NCBI GenBank assembly: GCA_045568075.1
Contig: JBJLBP010000001.1
Location: 1,110,001-1,142,000, forward strand
DNA: 32,000 nt
Direction: 5' to 3'
Origin: Candidatus Thalassarchaeaceae archaeon
GTDB lineage: Archaea > Thermoplasmatota > Poseidoniia > Poseidoniales > Thalassarchaeaceae
Numbering within the stretch: position 1 is the first letter of the stretch; every line of letters starts with the position of its first letter. Made by a program: the position numbers and the translations under genes. Below the pieces are notes generated by a model, which made no database searches, had not been told where the DNA came from, and saw nothing but the letters and a program-made list of their open reading frames with translations. Below are positions 26,301-32,000 of this stretch, piece by piece.

Positions 26301-26411
26301 TGATTCTGTGGTCGAAAGTCCCGCGTCGATGATGGTATAGAATCCTGCTAGACAGAGTGTCGCTGCTATCGCCGCGACTGCGTATTGATTGTGGTTCAAA
26401 GCCAAATTCAT
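23373..26411 (-). CDS. giant secreted/anchored calcium-binding protein with many thrombospondin type-3 (DxDxDGxxDxxE) repeats
   Basis: There are more than 20 copies of D(T/S)DxDG(L/M)xDGWE-type motifs. The N-terminal hydrophobic anchor is MNLALNHNQYAVAAIAATLCLAGFYTII, from the ATG at 26411. The ORF-track start at 26498 is TTG. Confidence 0.85.
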   Translation of the reverse strand: MNLALNHNQYAVAAIAATLCLAGFYTIIDAGLSTTESGGFDSAGSDVIISGPEVQEGGSDFDNDGLPDRMEQTLYGTDWRNNDTDGDGLEDGWEIQNGLDPLDSGEPNDGDIENVNPGEEEETGEQNETFPDPDNGPFGDPDRDGLTNEQEAAIGTNPTVQDSDGDGLNDRWESLYTEVVQTPQGPVTLLDPLEPNWGCSLLTPQVEAEMKLIIGTSTWNNLPIGPNGDHSCDSVLDIDRQGPDSLPNYLEEIYDTNPLEEDSDLDLIPDRVEVGYGSQDLQVHCGVPQFGTIRIDAPYTELMSGVGDLTWFNQDMDGDGRLNGPGDWDTDGDGMPDGFEYCYNTLLNPANSTDAYGDGDEDGLNNVEEYEVAYTWGPVNFTSPLVADTDFDGMPDGWEYHSGIHPNDGSNAEEDPDFDGYDADGDGGVRYTDLVGISTVNNIVVEVGDFVQVNSTVMWVRTVQDSQYVNIVVKAPTAGYIYSINVNVGDEVTSRLQDLATIVEEHERFTNLDEYNARDRDGDGIVDGRSTNPLVADTDNDGLIDGIEVIGWTIRVVDMGVRDVIVRSDPGVYDTDRDGLSDATEYYETFTNATDRDTDSDGLEDFTEAMDGFVWNGTTYYTNASMFDTDNDGLDDGEEVIDGADQYITHANNADTDNDGLSDGGEVLHIPRPWQTATSPLDNDTDDDGQPDGWEMQVFSVQQNTNSHSLWISTQNWLPLGCDSMQECGKGPGGWVWDSYLKGFQTSGDRNGDGVLDPKYFIYEMNLTGFPIPANGRWALDPSFGSMPDSNFDIDNDTLLNALEAPDRWDTNPVADDTDGDMLADGWEVSASERAINLGLVDNNSLDALGARGPMDPRMPDSDLDGIDDGAEDFDGDGLNRSHLLNRYCPGWDNPQNAECHIDPTTSNGGNFYDDLENYTNYEEFQNGTDAVLADTDGDGWADGSEVYHQDHDGDGMWSGWEFYFDFDPFDPADAYIDSDGDGYMNKCENKWNTNPKDPTSFPSQGELCTNN

Positions 26412-26487
26412 CACCCGGCCCCATAAGGGGCCGTACCGATGACCTATGACATGAATATAACGTTTCAGCGAAATCGCATCTATGACA

Positions 26488-27597
26488 TCATTCCGCAATG
26501 GCTACCGATGGGCTCAAAGAAAGACTTACTGCGCCGCTGTTGAAAGTGCACTCGAGGCTTCCTCGACGACCGTGGGCCCGCTCCCAACAGGCTAGAAGAA
26601 CGCCGCCTGCGAGGGCGGGGTGAAAACAGCCAGAAAATTGTAGTTCAACGCCTCCGTGGGCGTCAATGGACTTGACTGATTTCACTGCTCCAAGACCCTC
26701 GATTGAAAGATGTCTGCGTGCGATACTAATCCAGTCTTCTGGCTTTGAGACGAGGATGTGCCGACCCGATTCAAAGAAGGTCTCACGCATCGAATCGGCA
26801 GCAGCAGTCCACCATATCGATTGCTGTTCATCCTCAAGAGGCCATTGCATGTCTTGCCTGCCTTCCTCAATTGATTGTAGGTAAGGAAGGCAGAATTCTT
26901 CGAAGCGCAGAATGAGGTCGCGATGAACCATCATTCTGCGCTCGCCCATGATTGACCAAACTCCAGAGGAATCAATTCTCAAATCCTCCCATGATTCCTC
27001 TATGTCATCTGGCATCGAAATTACAGAGGTGGGTTCAGGCCAGCCAATAGCCGATCTCTTCGGTGAAGGAATTGATTTATCATCCAAAGACAAAGTGACT
27101 ATGAGACCTTCTTCTGTATTTTGGGACCAGAGGAATCGATGACGTTTGCCAGTTGCGTTTTCCCATGCACCTGTTATGAATCCTGAACAGAGTGAGGCCG
27201 AAGCCGGATTTTCGATTAGGATACGTGCCTCGGCGCCATCTTCCAACATGCTGTAATTTCCCATCCCTCGGCTTTGCCAATCCTGTTCGGTGCCATTCCA
27301 TCTGGAAATATCTCGCCCAGAAGGTTTTGGAAATCCTCCCAATCCAATCATGTATTCCTCATGTTCTAGTGCGGCGTGGGCTAATCTGCGACCCAAGCTC
27401 TGACCTAGTCGCTGCTCGAGTCGGTGAAACCAAGTTTCGAATGCTCGAACGCCGAAGCGAGCAGCCAGTTCGTCTGAGTCATGTTTGCGCACAACATCTC
27501 TGTATGTGCCATCTGAATTTGGCACCCATCTCTTTGTGATGAGTTCCTCTGGGCTGTCAGTGCCCGAGTTCTTTCTAAAAAAGTCGAATAATCCCAT
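26488..27597 (-). CDS. hypothetical cytosolic protein with internal two-domain duplication (possibly V4R-like ligand-binding fold)
   Basis: The ATG at 27597 lies 4 nt after the aminotransferase stop; the longer ORF-track start overlaps that gene. The two halves end in similar blocks (GMGNYSML..ARILIENPASASLCSGFITGAWENATGKRHRF and GLGAVKSV..GVELQFSGCFHPALAGGVLLACWERAHGRRGSL). Confidence 0.6.
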   Translation of the reverse strand: MGLFDFFRKNSGTDSPEELITKRWVPNSDGTYRDVVRKHDSDELAARFGVRAFETWFHRLEQRLGQSLGRRLAHAALEHEEYMIGLGGFPKPSGRDISRWNGTEQDWQSRGMGNYSMLEDGAEARILIENPASASLCSGFITGAWENATGKRHRFLWSQNTEEGLIVTLSLDDKSIPSPKRSAIGWPEPTSVISMPDDIEESWEDLRIDSSGVWSIMGERRMMVHRDLILRFEEFCLPYLQSIEEGRQDMQWPLEDEQQSIWWTAAADSMRETFFESGRHILVSKPEDWISIARRHLSIEGLGAVKSVKSIDAHGGVELQFSGCFHPALAGGVLLACWERAHGRRGSLECTFNSGAVSLSLSPSVAIAE

Positions 27598-27601
27598 GTG
27601 A

Positions 27602-28801
27602 TCAACCGTTGATGAATTGGTCGATGCGGTCGAATGCTGTTGCGAGGACATCGATCGCAGGCAAGCAGACCATACGGAAATGGCCGGCGCCGAACTCTGG
27701 CGAGAAACCGGAGCCATGTACGACCAGGACATGATGCTGGTGTAGTAAGTCGAGAACCCACTGTTTGTCTGAGGCGGCGCGCTCGTCGGTTATGCGCACA
27801 AAGAGATAGAATGCGCCACCTGGCGCCTCACACTCGATACCATCGATAGCCTCAATCCGCTCCATACAATAGTCGAGGCGCTGCTTCACAAGTGCCTTGT
27901 GACCGTCCAACCAACCCCTGTCCTCGGTAAGTCCAGCAAGGAATCCGTGCTGAGCTGGTGTACTTGCGCAAAGTCTGCTACGTAGAAGCCTCTCCACCCC
28001 GTCACGAACGAGTGCAAGCCTTCCCTCAGGGTCATGCCAAGCCATGTAGCCAATGCGCCAACCGGGAGCGAAGTAGACCTTCGAGACTCCATTGAGAGTG
28101 ATGACGGGAACATCGGTTGACCGGGAGGCAAGTGATACAAGCGAGCCTGTGAAATCAAGCCCGTCGTAAATTTCGTCGGCGATAATTGTGCAATTGGGAT
28201 AATCCCGGGCGATAGTGAAAACTGCGTCTATCTCGGCCTTGGTTGCGACGTTTCCAGTTGGATTGTTCGGATTGATTAGCACCAAAAGGCGGACACTGTC
28301 ATCCATTTTTTGACGTATATCGTCCAAATCAATGCGCCAACCGTCTGTCGGGTCCATCCTGTATTCGACCGTCGTAGCCCCGTACATCTGCGGATAAGCC
28401 ATGTAAGGAGGGTAGTGAGGTCCTGGGGCGAGAACTTTCGTGCCTTCTTCGAGGAAAGCAGCGAAGATGATTTGCAGAGCTTCGGTCACTCCGTGAGTGA
28501 CATAGACGTCGTCTTCTGAGCAAGGCCACCCCTTGCCCGTCTCGGCGGATGCAATCGCTAGGCGTAGTGCAGACAAACCGTAAGACGGACCGTAGCCGTT
28601 ATCCTGTGAATCCAATGCTCGTTTGTAAGCATCAATCATATGAGTTGGAGTTGGTAATCCCTCGTAGGCAAGAGGATCACCTATGTTGAGCCGAATTATC
28701 TCATGCCCCTGCTTCTCCAACTCGACTGCTGGAACTACAACATCTCTAATCGCATACTCAATAGCAGCAGCGCGCTCAGAGACATCAACTTGTTCGACCA
28801 T
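27602..28801 (-). CDS. class I/II PLP-dependent aminotransferase (alanine/aspartate aminotransferase type)
   Basis: LNIGDP...GYGPSYG, NPNNPTGN, and the PLP-lysine context NGVSKVYFAPGWRIGY. The ATG lies 6 nt after the alaS stop. Confidence 0.88.
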   Translation of the reverse strand: MVEQVDVSERAAAIEYAIRDVVVPAVELEKQGHEIIRLNIGDPLAYEGLPTPTHMIDAYKRALDSQDNGYGPSYGLSALRLAIASAETGKGWPCSEDDVYVTHGVTEALQIIFAAFLEEGTKVLAPGPHYPPYMAYPQMYGATTVEYRMDPTDGWRIDLDDIRQKMDDSVRLLVLINPNNPTGNVATKAEIDAVFTIARDYPNCTIIADEIYDGLDFTGSLVSLASRSTDVPVITLNGVSKVYFAPGWRIGYMAWHDPEGRLALVRDGVERLLRSRLCASTPAQHGFLAGLTEDRGWLDGHKALVKQRLDYCMERIEAIDGIECEAPGGAFYLFVRITDERAASDKQWVLDLLHQHHVLVVHGSGFSPEFGAGHFRMVCLPAIDVLATAFDRIDQFING

Positions 28802-28807
28802 TTACTC

Positions 28808-31402
28808 TCACAACCCGAGTAAATCACGAGCGGCATCGAGAGCGGCAGGGATTCCATCAGGATTGGAACCGCCGCCTTGAGCCATTGTGGGACGACCTCC
28901 GCCGCCGCCGTCGATATGACCGGCTATCGCTGCAAGAATTTCAGTAGCATCGTGCTTCTGGGAGACAATAGACCCCTCAGTGCTAGCCACGATGAGTTTG
29001 CCGCCTCCATCTCTGGTACCGAGAACTGCAAGTGTTGGCTTCTCAGGGTCACGTGTAAGTTGTCCAAGCATTGCCATTACAGCTTTCATATCTCCAGCAA
29101 CTTCCATCACAGCGTAACGGATTCCATCTTTTTCGACTGCTCCATCTCCCCCTCCGCTAGTCCTCAGTCTAACGATTTCAGCCTCAAGAGCCTCGATCTT
29201 CTTCTGTTGCGACTTCCATTCGTCAAAGAAGCGTGATACTGTGTTAGGGAGGTCTTCTGGCGAGACTCCTAAGACTTCACTTGACTCATTCAGTAATCGC
29301 TCTTGAGCCCTCGCGTGCTCACGCGCCGTCTCCCCTGCCACGATTTGCAGACGCTCGACCCCGTCTTGGACTTGACTCGCCCTAATGATGCGAAGCTCCC
29401 CAACTTCACCCACATTGTCGTGATGCGTTCCACCACAGGCTTGCACATCATGGTCGCCGATTTTGATTACACGTATTTCGCTATGCTTGGGTGGTCCGCC
29501 TTGGTATAACTCGAAGCCGAAGCGTGCGTCGGCTTCGGCCCTCTGTAATACGATTTTTTCGACGATTGGATTTGCACCGATGATATCATTGGCGTGGTCT
29601 TCGATTTGGTCCAGATCGTCGCGTGTTAGGCGCGAGTGATGAGTGAGGTCGATTCTGGCGTATCGCTCGCCCTTGTTCGAACCGGCTTGCCAGATGTGGG
29701 AGCCAAGTAGTGCTCTTGCACTACCACCGACGAGGTGAACAGCAGTGTGATGGTCCATCAGTTGGCGTCGTCGGCTCCAATCGACTTGGCCTTCGACTTC
29801 ACCATTGGAGAGGGCCGCGTCGGTAAGGTGGAAGATGACTCCATTCTCGACGCGGGTATCGGCTACATTTGCTCCACCAAGGGTGCCTTGGTCGCCAAGT
29901 TGCCCTCCGCCTTCGGGATAGAATAGCGTACGATCGAGGACTACCGCATGGGTTGGAGTGATGCTTACTTCTGCAGACAGATTGAGTGAAGCGATTTGCT
30001 CTTGGCTGACTGGACTGCAATGGAGAACGGTAGCCTGGAACTCGGTTTTACTAGTGTCTTCGTAATAATCGCGCATGGTTATTGGCTGACCGATCGGGAA
30101 AATTTCCCCCTTCGCCTTGCCTTTTGCTGCAGCCTTAGTCCCCTCTGCATTGCGTGCAGCCATATCGGCGGCGAATCCAACTCGCACTGAGAGGTTCTGC
30201 CAACCGAGCCCATGGGCTATCGAGACTACCATGTCAGGATTGAGACCACGCTCTTCGGCTAGTCGGAAAAGCGTCTCATCTGGCGCTTCGCTGGCATCCT
30301 TTGCCACATCGCGCAGAGCCGTTCGGACCGCCGCCTCACCCTTGCGTAGCATCTCGTGATAACGGGCTTCTTCCAGAGAGAGAATAGTCAGGATTCCTTC
30401 GCGCGACTGAACAAATCGAGTCATGTCGAGGTGAGTATCCATGTGGTGCTCACCTAATTGAGCAAGGCTCACATCGATGCCCAAATCTCCCTTCATGCGA
30501 CAAACTCGCCTTGCCATCATGCGAGCCAAATAACCCGCCTTGGCATTACTAGGAACCAGCCCATCGCCCAACATGTTGCATATTGCATGCATGTGGTCGG
30601 GAATAGCGTAAATTGAGGATAGCGGCTCAGTCACGCGTTTTAGGTCGCCAACAGAAATCTTTACTCCGCCATCGGTCAAACGCTCTGCGAGTCGTTGATA
30701 CAAAGAATCAACATCTGTCCCAACATCGATATTGAGGATTCCAGCAAGTTGAGACAACTCGGCGAGCAAAGCATCAGTATCGACGCTGAGCCCCAGCCCT
30801 ACAACCATCTCATCGAATCCAGCAAGCCCCTTGAGCCAATCCACCGACTCGGGATAAATCGCTTCGTAAATCGTCGGTGTTCCAGCCGCAGCCCAGCAAA
30901 ATCGCTCGAGCCCATAGCCCGTATCGATGATTTGTAGAGGCATGTCGCGGTATCGGAGTCCTTTGATCTCGACATCGCCTTCCTCGTGCTCTTCTAGACT
31001 CATGAAAACCAGAGTCGCAAGTTCAAGACCGCCAACAATAACTTCCAGTGCGGGCCCGGCATTACCGCCGCCAGACCATGGATTTTCGATGTAAGTGATA
31101 TCGGCAGGAGCAATACCAAAGGTGTTGACCAGCATATCGTCGCAATAGCGGACGCATTGGTCAATCCAGTAAATCACCTCGCCATCCTGAGGTCGATTGA
31201 ACGCGTGGTGCGCCATCATCTCAAATGTCGTTAAATGACGTCCAGAACGGCCAACTGCGGCCACATCCGTCAAACGAATGCAGGGTTGGCTAATTCCCAA
31301 AGGATTCGCCGGAGGAGGGACTGTCCCATTCGTCACATGTGGTTGGAAGTCAGCTATCGACGCTATCGTTAGATGGATGTCGTCGCGCCATCGTGCGAGC
31401 AC
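28808..31402 (-). CDS. alaS: alanine--tRNA ligase, archaeal type, major (C-terminal) reading frame; N-terminus is in another frame (see 31369-31665)
   Basis: ARWRDDIHLTIASIADFQPHVTNG...PPANPL.ISQPCIR, the editing-domain HxxxH motifs (HHTAVHL, CGGTHH) and the C-terminal DHHA1-like GGGGG(R)P. The ORF-track M is a GTG inside the conserved PVLARW segment. Confidence 0.9.
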   Translation of the reverse strand: MLARWRDDIHLTIASIADFQPHVTNGTVPPPANPLGISQPCIRLTDVAAVGRSGRHLTTFEMMAHHAFNRPQDGEVIYWIDQCVRYCDDMLVNTFGIAPADITYIENPWSGGGNAGPALEVIVGGLELATLVFMSLEEHEEGDVEIKGLRYRDMPLQIIDTGYGLERFCWAAAGTPTIYEAIYPESVDWLKGLAGFDEMVVGLGLSVDTDALLAELSQLAGILNIDVGTDVDSLYQRLAERLTDGGVKISVGDLKRVTEPLSSIYAIPDHMHAICNMLGDGLVPSNAKAGYLARMMARRVCRMKGDLGIDVSLAQLGEHHMDTHLDMTRFVQSREGILTILSLEEARYHEMLRKGEAAVRTALRDVAKDASEAPDETLFRLAEERGLNPDMVVSIAHGLGWQNLSVRVGFAADMAARNAEGTKAAAKGKAKGEIFPIGQPITMRDYYEDTSKTEFQATVLHCSPVSQEQIASLNLSAEVSITPTHAVVLDRTLFYPEGGGQLGDQGTLGGANVADTRVENGVIFHLTDAALSNGEVEGQVDWSRRRQLMDHHTAVHLVGGSARALLGSHIWQAGSNKGERYARIDLTHHSRLTRDDLDQIEDHANDIIGANPIVEKIVLQRAEADARFGFELYQGGPPKHSEIRVIKIGDHDVQACGGTHHDNVGEVGELRIIRASQVQDGVERLQIVAGETAREHARAQERLLNESSEVLGVSPEDLPNTVSRFFDEWKSQQKKIEALEAEIVRLRTSGGGDGAVEKDGIRYAVMEVAGDMKAVMAMLGQLTRDPEKPTLAVLGTRDGGGKLIVASTEGSIVSQKHDATEILAAIAGHIDGGGGGRPTMAQGGGSNPDGIPAALDAARDLLGL

Positions 31403-31665
31403 GGGGTAAGGATCGACACGCGAATGCCCCGCTGCTCGAAATATCCGAGGAAAGCCTCGCGCATCGCGTCTTTCAGTGCCTTTCCTCGCATCGGGAAGCC
31501 ATCGATAATCGGGTTCCCGATGAAGGTGTATGAATCCTCAACCGTGTCGCCGGAGGTCGTACGAGCAGGGTCTCGTGACCAGAAGCGAAGGCCGGTGACC
31601 TTGCAAATGCGAACCTCGTGTCCGGACTCCTCCCAGAACGGGATGTTAGTCTCTCCGAACGTCAT
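31369..31665 (-). CDS. alaS: alanine--tRNA ligase N-terminal fragment, separated from the main frame by a 1-nt frameshift
   Basis: From the ATG at 31665, MTFGETNIPFWEESGHEVRICKVTGLRFWSRDP...DSYTFIGNP...MREAFLGYFEQRG matches archaeal AlaRS N-termini. The frame diverges after QRG at ~31426. Confidence 0.75.
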   Translation of the reverse strand: MTFGETNIPFWEESGHEVRICKVTGLRFWSRDPARTTSGDTVEDSYTFIGNPIIDGFPMRGKALKDAMREAFLGYFEQRGIRVSILTPCSHDGATTSI

Positions 31666-31766
31666 CGATTGACCCTCTACAGTCGCCCCATCGGCTGGTC
31701 TGTCTTGAAAGCGATTGTCTGTGACGCTGCGGCGCGTTGAAATCGAGGGCACCCCCCGAATCAGCC

Positions 31767-32000
31767 ATGAGTGCTGAGTGGAGGAAGCATCTGAGCCCCG
31801 ATGGACCGGGGCGGATGCGCATCGCGAAGCATGGTTCGATGCTGACTGATGCTCTATTGATAGCCGATGCTGAGCACATGGCAGGACATACCGACGACCG
31901 TTCGCCTGAGCAGTTGTGCAATACTGCTGGAATACCTGGAATCATAGGGGAAGCTTGGGCTATGGCTGACTGGCATTTTGGTTATGGATTCCCGATTGGT
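31767..32000 (+). CDS. rtcB: RNA-splicing ligase RtcB, N-terminal part; 3' end lies outside the window
   Basis: My own translation from the ATG at 31767 gives MSAEWRKHLSPDGPGRMRIAKHG...QLCNTAGIPGIIGEAWAMADWHFGYGFPIG. This carries the RtcB metal-site motif (xPDxHxGYGxPIG) and is open to the window edge. It is absent from the ORF track. Confidence 0.85.
   Translation, partial: MSAEWRKHLSPDGPGRMRIAKHGSMLTDALLIADAEHMAGHTDDRSPEQLCNTAGIPGIIGEAWAMADWHFGYGFPIG

Noticed and set aside
23373-26411. Periodic DNA repeats that might suggest a tandem-repeat or CRISPR-like array
   Set aside because: The periodicity comes from degenerate protein-level DxDxDG repeats within one long ORF. The units are not identical and have no spacer architecture.
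31424-31430. Programmed -1 ribosomal frameshifting in alaS
   Set aside because: The site (CGGGGCA) is not a canonical X XXY YYZ slippery heptamer, and I see no obvious downstream pseudoknot or hairpin. A homopolymer indel is the simpler explanation.
31646-31945. 99-aa minus-strand ORF near the window end
   Set aside because: It is antisense to the rtcB N-terminus, whose plus-strand translation contains the diagnostic HFGYGFPIG motif.

Overview
The window reads as an archaeal chromosomal segment. Lineage-diagnostic genes include Cbf5, archaeal-type AlaRS, RtcB plus archease, a DGGGP-synthase-like UbiA prenyltransferase, a GPN-loop GTPase, a DUF106/EMC3-like insertase and DUF2240. GC is moderate and Shine-Dalgarno motifs (GGAGGTGA-like) are used. 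Together with several giant calcium-binding or adhesin-like surface proteins, this suggests a marine planktonic euryarchaeote (MGII/Poseidoniales-like), which is an inference. I call about 28 protein genes, two tRNAs (His-GTG, Glu-CTC) and two putative tRNA promoters. Most of the window is housekeeping: DEAD-box helicase, ribA, cmk-cbf5, argF, guaC, aminotransferase and alaS. I see no CRISPR array, transposase, integrase or recognisable defence genes. The most unusual item is a ~950-aa apparently cytosolic protein (12174-15026, minus). It has formin-FH1-like polyproline tracts, acidic linkers, about five beta-sandwich repeats of a type normally extracellular, and a C-terminal zinc ribbon. It sits just upstream of a DUF106 insertase with a basic tail plus zinc ribbon, and divergent from the GPN-loop GTPase. 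Other points: a GDCCVxC-TusA fusion, a single-base frameshift in alaS, a tight alaS-aminotransferase-unknown operon, a lipoyl-like domain inside a thrombospondin-type-3 repeat protein, and a bacterial-type guaC block next to tRNA-Glu. All homology statements are motif recognition by eye; no searches were run.
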